This document shows positions 43,031 through 52,762 of a stretch of 64,000 nt of DNA, piece after piece; the first letter of the stretch is position 1; the number at the start of each line of letters is the position of its first letter. The position numbers and the translations under genes are program-made. The notes below the pieces were generated by a model. The model worked only from the letters and a program-made list of their open reading frames with translations, ran no database searches and had not been told where the DNA came from. The stretch comes from an uncultured delta proteobacterium (GTDB taxonomy: Bacteria; Myxococcota_A; Polyangia; Polyangiales; Houyiibacteriaceae): positions 640,001 to 704,000 of the forward strand of contig CAVOVB010000003.1 of assembly GCA_963699755.1 (NCBI GenBank). The letters are read 5' to 3'.

Positions 43031-44950
43031 CTATTCGCAGACGATGACTACGTCTTCGGATTGTTGCTCGAATGGCTCCTCGAGCGGATTGGGTGCTGGA
43101 TCGCCCGGTAAAAGCAAGCCGCAGTTTTCACAGACGACGTTGACCCAGTTCTCGTCGCGACCGTCGGGGCCGCTGGCGAGCATGGCTCCGACCCAGTCGA
43201 CGATCGTAGGGACGCCGCCCGTGGTGTCATCATAGACCTTGTCGCTGCCAAACATCGTATGGCGCGATCCGGTGCCGAAGTAGTAGCGGTAGTTGTCAGG
43301 TACAGCCGCGAACGTGTCTTCCGACTGCGAGAGAGCGTTCGCGCCGAACGCGCAGCTGGCGTCCCACCAATTGAGCGCACCGAGGGGGCTCCCCAAGAGC
43401 ATGACGTTGTAGAAGCCCGTCTGCCCGCCTTGGCCTCCGTCGAACTTGGTCGAGTAGTGCGCCCAGTTGGTTTTTGGAGCCCACTTGGCGACCGCTTCGG
43501 TGTAGGCCGGCATCCCGTCGCCTGTCGTGATCGCCTCGAGGACCCCTGGGATGTCGGGCAGGTTGGCGACGAAGTTCCAATTGCTGAACTCGTTGTTGAG
43601 GAAGTCCGTGGTGATCACGCCGTTGCCAGCGTCGGCGAGCACGTGAATCTGAGAAGCCGGCCATACCTCGTGGAGGAGGGGGGCGTTGAACCATGCCCCA
43701 TACGCGCCCGCGCTCGACCCCGTGACGAACACTTCCTCCGGATTGACGAAGTGCTCCCTCGCCCACTTCTCGGCCACCTTGGAGTTGTGATAGCCCTTGT
43801 GCTCAACGATGACGTTGCCATAGTCCTGCGTCGCGTCGCCGAAGTGGATGTCGCAGGTGCAGTACGACACGATCACGACGTTCCAGTCGCGGAAGGGATT
43901 GTTCTCGTTGCTGAGATCCGCGAACCCAGACGACAAAGCGTTGGGATCATCGGTCGCGGTCGAGGTCTTGCAGATCGCGCCGGTGATCTGCGTCCCCCCG
44001 CAGGTGAGGTTGTCCCAGCATGCGCCGCCGCCTTGGTAGTACATCAGCAGCTTGTTGACGCTGCCTCGCTTTGCGAAGTAGCGATATTCGGAGCCCTGCA
44101 TGCACTGGGGCGTGTAGGTCCGTCCTAGGTAGTCAGTCGGTCCAGGTGTCAGCGTCGTATATTGCGCGTCCGCAAGCATCGGTGTCACGACGGTCTTGTC
44201 GACGAGCTCGCCGGTGAGCGTCTCGAGGTCGTCACCGATCTCTTGATCGCTCGCATTGGTCGGGCAGGTGCCGGACGTCGCATCGGCCCAGGCCGCCAAG
44301 AAGGCGCTGGACGCGGCACCCTTGGCCGCATCGAGGGTCGATCGGTCGGAGTCCGCGAAGAGATCGCCGACGTGCGCGCTCTCTGCCATGAGCAGGTCTT
44401 CACAAGCGTCACCGGCGGCCGCAAGCAAATCGGCGCCACATTGGGCCTGTTCGTTTTGGCCGAGGTCGAGTCCATCGTTGATCGAGGCGGCGATGGTTGC
44501 GATTGCAGATTCCAGGGCAGCGCCGGCTTCGCTCGAACTTAGGGCGAGGTCCGAGCAGCTCGCGCCGTCATCCTCGGCGTCGGCCTCGGCGGCATCCCAG
44601 GCCTCTCCGAGCGTGATGCCAGCCGCCGCCGCCGCGGCATTCCTCGCTTCTTCGTTCTGGTCGCTCTCCCAAGCCTGCCACGCGTCGAACAAGGCCTTGC
44701 AAAAGGTGCCACCCGCCGCCTGCTTCGCGGCGACACAGACGTTGCCCGCATAGGCTTCGAGCGGCATTGCCCCGCCAGCGCCTCCCTCACCGCCAGTCCC
44801 AGCGCCCCCACCGCTGCCACCAGCACCCGCGTCACCCCCCGATCCGCCAGAGCCAGGTGTTCCGGCCGTGCTCGCGCTCTCGCTACAACCGACGCCTAAT
44901 GAGAGCGGGATCGCCACCAGCGCAACAAAAGCCAAGGTCCTGCGTCGCAT
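43031..44950 (-). CDS. Pectinacetylesterase-family lipoprotein
   Basis: GVGC lipobox, Gly-rich linker, QGGGACW, NPFRDWN, YCTCD.H.G, TGSSAG. Confidence 0.85.
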   Translation of the reverse strand: MRRRTLAFVALVAIPLSLGVGCSESASTAGTPGSGGSGGDAGAGGSGGGAGTGGEGGAGGAMPLEAYAGNVCVAAKQAAGGTFCKALFDAWQAWESDQNEEARNAAAAAAGITLGEAWDAAEADAEDDGASCSDLALSSSEAGAALESAIATIAASINDGLDLGQNEQAQCGADLLAAAGDACEDLLMAESAHVGDLFADSDRSTLDAAKGAASSAFLAAWADATSGTCPTNASDQEIGDDLETLTGELVDKTVVTPMLADAQYTTLTPGPTDYLGRTYTPQCMQGSEYRYFAKRGSVNKLLMYYQGGGACWDNLTCGGTQITGAICKTSTATDDPNALSSGFADLSNENNPFRDWNVVIVSYCTCDIHFGDATQDYGNVIVEHKGYHNSKVAEKWAREHFVNPEEVFVTGSSAGAYGAWFNAPLLHEVWPASQIHVLADAGNGVITTDFLNNEFSNWNFVANLPDIPGVLEAITTGDGMPAYTEAVAKWAPKTNWAHYSTKFDGGQGGQTGFYNVMLLGSPLGALNWWDASCAFGANALSQSEDTFAAVPDNYRYYFGTGSRHTMFGSDKVYDDTTGGVPTIVDWVGAMLASGPDGRDENWVNVVCENCGLLLPGDPAPNPLEEPFEQQSEDVVIVCE

Positions 44951-45062
44951 CTGCACCTCCGTTTCCACGTCTTGTCCTATGCAACCCTATGCTCCGTCAA
45001 GCCCGCCGTGGAGCGTTAGCCCTAGTGCGGGGCGCTTCCTGGCCACGAAGACGGCAGCCCGG

Positions 45063-45136
45063 TTCAAACCCGTCGACCGGTCTTCATCTTCGTTCACAAA
45101 AATTCATCGAAATTCATCACAACTCACACCGATTCA
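45063..45136. repeat. Helically phased TTCA array (10-bp period)
   Basis: TTCA at 45063, 45083, 45093, 45103, 45113, 45133; CTCA at 45123; TCGA at 45073. Confidence 0.7.
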
Positions 45137-45262
45137 GAAACGCTTCCGGTACTGTCGACAGTGAGCAACGTGGACCGAAGCTGCCCCATGGCGACGACAG
45201 TGAGCGCGGCGGGTGAGGCCCATCGCGCTGGTCATAGAGCTTGCAACGAGAAGGAGGACGCC

Positions 45263-46906
45263 ATGAGGAGATATTCGAAGGCAATCACGCGATGGCTTGC
45301 GGTATTGTGTCTGTTCGGCCTCACCGCTTGCGGATGGCCCGCCACGGTCGAGGTGGCCAGCGAGAGCTCCAACATCGGCGTTCGCGGCACGGTCCCATTC
45401 GGTGCTCAGAACGGTAGCGTCACGATCCGCGCACAGTATCCCTTCGAGCCATTCACGTGGCTGTGGCTTGCTGTTGACACGCCGACCTTGACCTCGCCGA
45501 GCGCGAACAACCTCTCGGTGAACGCCGCGGCGGATTGGAGCGCTTCTTTTCGAATGCCCTCCTGGGCATGGAGGGACGGCGCTCAGGGCAGCTTTGCGCG
45601 CTACTTCGTGCAGGCGAACAGCATCTGCGGAGGAGGAGGGGTGACCTGCGATTTCGACCTGGCGTCCGAGCCGGTCGATGCAGCGTGTGCCTCGAAGGCC
45701 TTGGCCGATGGGGTCAAGGTGGCCGCGGGCTTCTGCAGGCCCCCGTCCCTCGGACCGGGCTCGCAGGTCCCTGCGCTGCTGATGGGGTATCCGGCAATGA
45801 GCGCCGACGACGTCGCTCGACCCACCGACTTCCTGAAAGGGACGGGTTACTATTTCCATGCCTGCACGGCCGACTTCTTGCCCGAGGGCAGCCACCGCCG
45901 GAGCTACTGCGACCGACCGTACGTCAATGTGAAAGATACCAATGGGAAGGTCACAAAGATCCTGACTGAGTACGCCTTCGCCGATCAGAGCCCAGCCAGG
46001 CTCATTCAGTCCGTGTCCTGGGTCGGCGACGGGAGCACCATTTTGGCTATGCACGATACCCACTACCAAGGCCGATACACTCGTAATCCGCGGGTTCGCT
46101 ACTACCCGTACTTCGGGAGTCGAGACAGCAGCACGCCGAACAGCTGGTCCGCGGGCGCCTACGACGAGCGGGTGACGCTGATCGACCTGGGCGAATGCTC
46201 CGTGCGGGTCAGCTGGGACGACGTCATGAATGGTATTGGGCAAGATTTCGAGGGCTTTCTCGCCCTTGCAGCACCGCTGATCGAGGAGACGTTCAAGAGC
46301 GCCTCCCAACGTGTGGGAGGCAATGATCGCATCACTTCCGCGACCGTCACCAACCTTCGCATCACGGTAAGGCCTGCGAAGCCCGCGAACAGCCCTCCCG
46401 ATGCGCCGAGGTATTTCCAGACAGGGCCCATCCTTCTGCACTTCAACGTTCATGCGGACGGTCGTGCTGGCAGGCAATTCGATGCCGAGATCGAGCTGGG
46501 CCTTGGCCTCGAGATCCGCTCCGGCAAGGCGATCGCCCGCGCCGAATCCTCTGAGATATTGTGGATCGATGCCGATGGCGCCTTCTGGCAAAACCGAAGG
46601 CTCGACGACCTCAAGAACGCGATCACGGGCATAGCGGGCACCGAGTTTGATCTGAGTGCAGATCTGCTGAAGATCGCCGATGCCTTGCTGTCACCCCAAG
46701 ATCGCCAAATATTCGAGGCCAGCAGGGGAAGGCCGTTCGGCATCCAGGATCTCAGGCGGGCCGTGATCGCCCTGAACGGCCTGCACGTCATTCTTGCCGA
46801 AGACGGCGCGGACGCGAACTACGTCTTGCTGGGCCTGGCGGGCCTTTGCGAACACGCTGCAAGCCGGATCGGGCCATTGACTGCCGACGCCAGTTGGTGG
46901 CCGTAG
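45263..46906 (+). CDS. Hypothetical lipoprotein (547 aa)
   Basis: AAGGAGG RBS; LTAC lipobox; no family recognised. Confidence 0.8.
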   Translation: MRRYSKAITRWLAVLCLFGLTACGWPATVEVASESSNIGVRGTVPFGAQNGSVTIRAQYPFEPFTWLWLAVDTPTLTSPSANNLSVNAAADWSASFRMPSWAWRDGAQGSFARYFVQANSICGGGGVTCDFDLASEPVDAACASKALADGVKVAAGFCRPPSLGPGSQVPALLMGYPAMSADDVARPTDFLKGTGYYFHACTADFLPEGSHRRSYCDRPYVNVKDTNGKVTKILTEYAFADQSPARLIQSVSWVGDGSTILAMHDTHYQGRYTRNPRVRYYPYFGSRDSSTPNSWSAGAYDERVTLIDLGECSVRVSWDDVMNGIGQDFEGFLALAAPLIEETFKSASQRVGGNDRITSATVTNLRITVRPAKPANSPPDAPRYFQTGPILLHFNVHADGRAGRQFDAEIELGLGLEIRSGKAIARAESSEILWIDADGAFWQNRRLDDLKNAITGIAGTEFDLSADLLKIADALLSPQDRQIFEASRGRPFGIQDLRRAVIALNGLHVILAEDGADANYVLLGLAGLCEHAASRIGPLTADASWWP

Positions 46907-47010
46907 CGGCGCCCGTGGCGCGCGACGCGGATGGCTTCCCCGCGGGGCGGGTAAACTCGACATTCGAAAATGGGAGAAACCGGACATTATGGCTTGGGGC
47001 CTACAAGGAA

Positions 47011-47038
47011 ATTTCGCAGAACCTATATTATGTAAACT
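47011..47038 (+). other. dif: XerCD dif-like recombination site
   Basis: ATTTCGCAGAA-CCTATA-TTATGTAAACT: 11-6-11 architecture resembling GGTGCGCATAA-TGTATA-TTATGTTAAAT; AT-rich, intergenic between convergent genes. Confidence 0.8.
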
Positions 47039-47090
47039 TTTCTGTCGGCCGCGCCGAGCCTCTCACGCAGCGAGGGTCGCTCGCCCCGTC

Positions 47091-48659
47091 TCACCGCTCG
47101 CACGACAGCGCAGCAAGTTGTTTCTCGAGATGCTGGTCCGTCTCTGGGTCGGCGGTTTTCTCCGACCAGACCTCAAGCTGAGCGCGGACGGTTTCGCAGC
47201 GCGGGCCTGCTCGGACCGTGGCCACGAGCGCGTCGATGGCCTCTCGTGTCTTCACGGTGTCGCTCGCCTTGATCGCCAGGTCGTACGTCGGAATGATGAT
47301 CGGTCTCGGCCATGGTGGCGGCGGCATCGATGAAAGGTGTTTGCGGAGGCCCGTTCGGTCCGCGCGCCGTGATGCAGAATTGGCAAAGTAGTAGTGGATG
47401 CTCGGGTCGTCAGAGTGGTCGCGCAGCAGGGCTTGGTCATAGGCATCTTGGCTCGCATATGCTTCGCTGGCCCTGTGGGTCTGCACGGTTGCATAGGCGA
47501 GCAGGCCGATCCCAACCGTGCATAGCGCAACTCGAGCACGGCGGCTTCGCGAGACTGCGCGGAGGATGGTGGGCTGCAGTGCGAGCAGCGCTAGAATCGA
47601 CGGCATGTAGAGGTACCGGTCGAAGCCCATCCAGAACGCACCCGACACGATGACGACAGGCGTGAGCGTCAGGAGCGCGCCGATCCAATACACGACTCCC
47701 GACCAGTCGCGGCGGTAGATCAGAAGCGAGAAGATCAGAAACGCAATCGCGAGCCCAAACCAGTCGCTCGGCGACCATGGCCCGAACAGCACCCAGGAGA
47801 GCGACTGCATCGCCTCTGCTGGAAAGGTCAGAAGCGCCTCGGTCCCCTTTCCCAGCAGGCGCGGAACCGACAACCAGATGACGGGGTCCGAGAAGACGTT
47901 TTCCGATGCACCGAGTTGACCTCCGAAGGGCGCGAAGATCGTTCGTAGGACGAGGTGTACCGCGATTCCGGCCGTGATCGCGCTTCCCGCTAGCCGTGAC
48001 TGGGTAGCCCGCGTCCGCGTTGCCCAAGCGAACCACGCGGCGACGGCGGCGATGGCAAACGGCAGCTTGGAGCTGGCGCCGAGAAAGGCGACGAGGCCCA
48101 GCATGAACAGCCTCGCCATATTGCGTTCCTGCGTCGCGCCCACGCGGTTCAGCAAGAGCGCAAGCAGCACCAGCCAGAACCCCGCGACGAGGTCCGAGCG
48201 CCCGTTGATCCACACGTACGCCTCGACGTGCACGGGATGAAGAAAGAAGAGCGCTGCAAGCGCCGAGGCGACGAGCTCATCGGTCCCATTCCCTGCACGC
48301 GCCGGATTGGGTGTTTGACTCCTGAGAACGCCAAACAGGAGGAGACTCGTCGCCGCATGCAGCAACCAGCCCACCGCGTGATGAAGCCAGGGCGCCGGCA
48401 CCAGCACATGCGTTCCGATCAACGTGAACATCGTGACCGGTCGATACGGACCGACTTGATCCTCAGCGAAGAGATAGCTTGCCGCGTTTCGTTGAAAGAC
48501 AGCCCCGAGCTCGGTCCAATCTCGGTAGAGATAGTTGCGGACCATGTGCCAGTCGTCGCCGACCCAGTGGCCTGACAAGCCAACCCAGGTCGCCGCCAAG
48601 GAGAGCACGGCGAGCAGAATCGCAAACTCCCCTCGGCCAAGCCAGTGCCGTCGTTCCAT
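47091..48659 (-). CDS. GT-C membrane glycosyltransferase-like protein (TMTC/ArnT-like motifs)
   Basis: DD, YRP, HP.H.E...WI.GR.DL, SK, RYLYMP; multiple TM segments; start uncertain (48659 or 48749). Confidence 0.7.
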   Translation of the reverse strand: MERRHWLGRGEFAILLAVLSLAATWVGLSGHWVGDDWHMVRNYLYRDWTELGAVFQRNAASYLFAEDQVGPYRPVTMFTLIGTHVLVPAPWLHHAVGWLLHAATSLLLFGVLRSQTPNPARAGNGTDELVASALAALFFLHPVHVEAYVWINGRSDLVAGFWLVLLALLLNRVGATQERNMARLFMLGLVAFLGASSKLPFAIAAVAAWFAWATRTRATQSRLAGSAITAGIAVHLVLRTIFAPFGGQLGASENVFSDPVIWLSVPRLLGKGTEALLTFPAEAMQSLSWVLFGPWSPSDWFGLAIAFLIFSLLIYRRDWSGVVYWIGALLTLTPVVIVSGAFWMGFDRYLYMPSILALLALQPTILRAVSRSRRARVALCTVGIGLLAYATVQTHRASEAYASQDAYDQALLRDHSDDPSIHYYFANSASRRADRTGLRKHLSSMPPPPWPRPIIIPTYDLAIKASDTVKTREAIDALVATVRAGPRCETVRAQLEVWSEKTADPETDQHLEKQLAALSCER

Positions 48660-48818
48660 CCGCGGCGATCCTACTGAGATCGGCGGAACCGGGGCGAGCT
48701 TTCGATCAGCGCCAGAGCTCGTTCTCGCCAGGGACTTGTGTGTTTGCAAAAGTTCACTCAGATGGTGAGCGGCGCCCTACTCTTGGCTTGACGACGAGCG
48801 CGTGGACAAGACCGGCGC

Positions 48819-49766
48819 CTAGTGAGCCAGAATGACTTCTGCGAGCCCATCGAGGCGCCCGAGCAAGAAACGCTCTGACGGGCTAAAGGATCTTCTCTCA
48901 CGGCTGTGGATGATCTGCAGATAAGCCCGCACGTACTTGCGTCGGCGGTAGTCTTGCCGCCGGACCAGGTCGTGCAGCGCCTCAATCGTCTCTGCGTGCA
49001 TCAAGCGGCCCGTTGCCATGTGGATGCGGAACAGCCAATCGATCCACTTGCTGTCTTGGAGCCCCTCTGCCAGCTGCAGCGCGTAGCTGATTGCCGCGCC
49101 GAACATGGCCTCGGGGTCGTCCTTGTCGGAGTCGCTGAGCGGCCGGTTTCGCAGCGCCCGTTCGAGGAGCGCATCGAGGTGCGGGATCAGTATCCGTTGG
49201 GCCTCGTCGAATCGGCCCATGCTGATCGCCTTGGTCGCGATGTTTCCAAGAACGTCGAGTTTGCGGGCCGTGTGGGTGCTCTCCGAGCCTCCCCATTCGG
49301 ATTGGGCCGAAACGACCGACGAGCTCAGACTGTGGGATCGCTCCGGCTCTTTCCAGGTCGCGCCGGCGTCGGAAGCGAGACGCGCCCCGCAGTCGCCGCA
49401 GAAGCGCTTGGCGATGCCGTTGATCGCGCCGCAGATGTCGCAAGCGATGTGCCGATCGGTGGTTGTCCGGTCGTTCATCCTGTCGGCATCGATGAGCACC
49501 AGCTCCTGCGAGCCGATGTATATGCGGTCCATGTGCTGCAACGGACATTCGCCCTGGATTCGAACGCCGTTGACGGCAACACCATTTCGGCTCGCCAGGT
49601 CTCGGAGCAGGACGGCCCCCGGCTCGATCAGAAGCACAGCGTGCCTGCGCGAAACCAGCCCGTCGGACACGGCAAGGCTACATGCCGAGCTCCGACCGAT
49701 GGCGAACTCCTCCCCGGGCCGAAGCTCGAGGTTGGTCGACTGATATCGCAATCTAAAACGTGCCAC
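48819..49766 (-). CDS. FHA domain protein with zinc ribbon
   Basis: IGR, VSRRHA, DLASRNG; CDICG...FCGDCG. Confidence 0.88.
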   Translation of the reverse strand: MARFRLRYQSTNLELRPGEEFAIGRSSACSLAVSDGLVSRRHAVLLIEPGAVLLRDLASRNGVAVNGVRIQGECPLQHMDRIYIGSQELVLIDADRMNDRTTTDRHIACDICGAINGIAKRFCGDCGARLASDAGATWKEPERSHSLSSSVVSAQSEWGGSESTHTARKLDVLGNIATKAISMGRFDEAQRILIPHLDALLERALRNRPLSDSDKDDPEAMFGAAISYALQLAEGLQDSKWIDWLFRIHMATGRLMHAETIEALHDLVRRQDYRRRKYVRAYLQIIHSRERRSFSPSERFLLGRLDGLAEVILAH

Positions 49767-49879
49767 CCCAAGTACAGGCTAGCAGCTCGAGTATCGGACT
49801 GACCAATCCGCTCGAGGCCCGCAGTGTGCGAGTCAGAGCGGACAGGGAACATCGAAACAGTGGCTGCGAGCCCGGGCCC

Positions 49880-51076
49880 CTAGTTGAGACGCAAGAAGAG
49901 GAATCGGCCGCCGTTGGATAGAGCGCCGCCGAAGCTTCCGAGGGCCGATGGAGTGGCCGAGAAGCCCGACCCGCCTTCCGCTCGGGCGATTTCGCGTCCG
50001 TCCGAGAGGGAAAGCGCGAGGAGAGAGCCGCGGGTTTCGCCGTAGATCACGGTGCCCCTATCGGTCACGATCGGCGGTGTGGGGGCGCCGCGCTCCGGCG
50101 CCTTCTCCCACTGGACTTCGCGCGTCCGAAGGTCCAGGAGCGACAGGCCCCGCCGGGCCGACGAGACGACGAGCATGCGCCCGGCCGTAGCGAGGCCCGT
50201 GACACCCTTGAACGCAGGGTCTCGCCATTCGACCGTGCCGCTCGATGCATTCAAGGCGTAGAGCCCGGCTGTAAACGAGGCGACATAGAGCGTGCCTTTG
50301 AGCAGGACCGGCGTCGTATCAACGTCGAGGAATTGCGGGACGTTGCCAGGTCGAAGCTCGATATCGACTGAGGTTTCAATCTCCCAGAACAGTTGTCCAT
50401 CGGCCGGATTGATCGCCGCCACGGCGCCGTCGGTGAACGCCGCAAAGAGCCGCCCATCATCGAGCAGCATGCCGGCATGCCCGGCGATGGTGATCTCCTC
50501 GACCGGTTCCTTGGCATAGGTCCAGAGGATGCGACCGTCGTCTCGCGCAAGCGCGGTGACCGTGTCGTTCTCGGCCACGACGTATAGTGCATCGGCCGCA
50601 AGGACGGGTTGTGTGCGAATGGCGCCGATGAGCTTGGTGCGCCACTTGACCTTACCGCTCTCATCGAGGGCATGGACGGTTCCATCCACTGATGGAAAAT
50701 ACAGCTCGCCGCTCGCCGCATCGACCGCGGGCTTGGATTCTATCTGCGCGCCCGCATCGTAATGGAAGAGCTGTAGTCCGTTCGACGCAAAGGCGAACAT
50801 GTTCCCTTCGCTGGTCCCGATGAAGACGCGCCGCCGCTCGGGATCGAACGCCGCCGAGCTCAGCTGAACAGGCAAATAGCGGGCTTCCCAGCGGTCGGTG
50901 AGCTGCTTCGACCAACGGACGCTGAAGCCGCCCTCGCCTGGCGGCGCGTACGAGTTGCCCTGCCCCACCCAGCCGAAGTGATCGGCATTGGTTGCCGGGG
51001 CGCCAGCAGCCCCGCACCCGGGGATGGCAAGCAGCGAGGAGGCGACGAGGAGAGCGGAGGCGAAGCGTAGGCGCAT
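49880..51076 (-). CDS. BamB-like PQQ-type beta-propeller lipoprotein
   Basis: IPGC lipobox; repeated A.D..G...W blades; DVDTTP; downstream of a YfgM-like gene. Confidence 0.8.
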   Translation of the reverse strand: MRLRFASALLVASSLLAIPGCGAAGAPATNADHFGWVGQGNSYAPPGEGGFSVRWSKQLTDRWEARYLPVQLSSAAFDPERRRVFIGTSEGNMFAFASNGLQLFHYDAGAQIESKPAVDAASGELYFPSVDGTVHALDESGKVKWRTKLIGAIRTQPVLAADALYVVAENDTVTALARDDGRILWTYAKEPVEEITIAGHAGMLLDDGRLFAAFTDGAVAAINPADGQLFWEIETSVDIELRPGNVPQFLDVDTTPVLLKGTLYVASFTAGLYALNASSGTVEWRDPAFKGVTGLATAGRMLVVSSARRGLSLLDLRTREVQWEKAPERGAPTPPIVTDRGTVIYGETRGSLLALSLSDGREIARAEGGSGFSATPSALGSFGGALSNGGRFLFLRLN

Positions 51077-51087
51077 CGAGGTCAGGC

Positions 51088-51942
51088 TTAGTCTTGCGCG
51101 GGCTGTCCCTGGAGCATCTCGTTCATTTCACGAATGAGATCCTCGGTCTTGCGCGGGTCGGCGCCCACGGGGGCAAGGGTTGGATCGAGCAGCGCGATGC
51201 GCGCCTCGGTTTGCTCTTGGGTGTAGGGCAAGAGTGGAGCATCGGCCTCCTTGAGCTCATTCAAGACCGCGTCGAGCTTGGTCTTGGCTTCGCCGACCTT
51301 GCCCTGCTTTGCCAGGATCCGCCCTTGGTGGTATCCGGCGATCGGCGCGATGCTCGGGTCGAGCCCCCGGAGTGCTTCGAGCTGCTCGAGCGCCTGGTCG
51401 TAGGACTTCTCCGCCTCGAGCGAGTAGCTGATTCCTTCGAGTGCGAGCCAGCGAACCACCTCGTCGTCGCTGGCCTCGAGCGCAGCCCGATAAGCGGCTC
51501 TTGCCTGCTCCCACTCACCCTGCTGATAGAGCGCCTTGCCTTCGCCGATTCGCGCCCAGGCGGCGGCAGGGGTCTTCGCGTGCGCATCGGCAACCGCCCT
51601 GTAGGCCACGGCAAGGGCGGCCGGATCGTCCGTCCCGTCCTCGAGCACAGCCGCGAGCTCCTCGCCCGCAGCGGCGCTCTGGCCGCGGGTGTAGGTCGAC
51701 CAGCCGATCCCGGCGGCCGCCACCAAGAGCACTCCGCCCGCCATGAGCCCGAGGGGCTTCAGGTTCTCTGCCAACCAGTCCTTCGCGACTGCCGCCTGCG
51801 CGAGCGCCTTCTCTTCGACCAGCTCCGCGTCGCGCCCTTTCTGGGCGGCTTTTCGAGCCGACTTTGCTGCTTGCTGCGCGGCGAGTCGCTGCCCCGGGGT
51901 GAGCGGGGCTTGCTTTTGGTTTTCGGAAGGGTCGTTGGCCAA
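51088..51942 (-). CDS. YfgM-like TPR membrane-anchored protein
   Basis: W..EN plus TM helix plus TPR helices; synteny with bamB-like gene; GGAG before TTG 51942. Confidence 0.72.
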   Translation of the reverse strand: MANDPSENQKQAPLTPGQRLAAQQAAKSARKAAQKGRDAELVEEKALAQAAVAKDWLAENLKPLGLMAGGVLLVAAAGIGWSTYTRGQSAAAGEELAAVLEDGTDDPAALAVAYRAVADAHAKTPAAAWARIGEGKALYQQGEWEQARAAYRAALEASDDEVVRWLALEGISYSLEAEKSYDQALEQLEALRGLDPSIAPIAGYHQGRILAKQGKVGEAKTKLDAVLNELKEADAPLLPYTQEQTEARIALLDPTLAPVGADPRKTEDLIREMNEMLQGQPAQD

Positions 51943-52057
51943 GCTGTTCTCCAGAAGACCGGGAAAACCCGGCAATTCGCGTCGGACTATACACGCGGCC
52001 CTTCCACAGTCAACGTAGCCTCGCGCCGGACGCGACCGCCGTGCTAGAGGGCTCGCT

Positions 52058-52588
52058 GTGCGCTGCGTCGTCTGGATCTTTGGGAGTCTTGCAGTGCTGT
52101 TGGCATCGCTTCCTTCGACGGCCGAGGCATACGAGAACGAGGCAACGCTCGGCCTTTCGGTCGGCTACGCGGGTCTTCCCACGAGCGATACACTTCCCCG
52201 TCACGGCGTCGATGTCGGCCTGAACGCCGGTGGCGGCCTCGGCGATGCCTGGAGCATCCAAGGGCTCCTCGGTTACAACGTCTTCCCGAACCAGCGCGCA
52301 CTGCACCTCGGCGTGGTCGGCATCGAAACCGTCTACGCGCTCGACATCGTGCGCTTCGTGCCCCTGATCGGAGCCGGGCTCGACGGCTTGTTGACGGTGC
52401 GCGAGCGGCAGACTCGCGGAGACTTCGCCCTGCACGGGCTACTGGGCGTCGACTATCTCATCAACGCGCGCTGGCTGGTTGGCGCTGAGGTGCGCGGCTA
52501 CTGGGTCGCCACCAATGCGCAGAGTCCGCTCGACCCGTTCATCCTCACGGCGGCGGCGCGCGTCGCCGTCCGCTTCGAGCTCCGCTGA
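52058..52588 (+). CDS. Small outer-membrane beta-barrel protein
   Basis: Signal peptide (AEA); amphipathic strands (YALD...P..GAG, G.DY). Confidence 0.7.
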   Translation: MRCVVWIFGSLAVLLASLPSTAEAYENEATLGLSVGYAGLPTSDTLPRHGVDVGLNAGGGLGDAWSIQGLLGYNVFPNQRALHLGVVGIETVYALDIVRFVPLIGAGLDGLLTVRERQTRGDFALHGLLGVDYLINARWLVGAEVRGYWVATNAQSPLDPFILTAAARVAVRFELR

Positions 52589-52762
52589 CTCGACCTGCGC
52601 GCTTCGATCACAGGGTCGCTGCCAAAGCTGCAAGGGCCGGCTCGATGCGATGGCGCTGCAGGCGAGGGCCAGCACGACGCAGGCAGCGGCTCGAATCGAT
52701 GGGGCGCGAGAGGTCAGGGCCATGGCCTTGTATCGGCGGGCAGATCGAACGGTTGCGTCGGC

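Noticed and set aside
45229..45245. sigma54-like TGGTCATAGAGCTTGCA, and GGAGCATAGGGTTGCA on the minus strand near 44980-44995
   Set aside because: GG-to-GC spacing is 11, not the required 10
52439..52723. ORF with a signal-peptide-like start downstream of lysC
   Set aside because: Overlaps the beta-barrel gene on the opposite strand and has no recognisable domain
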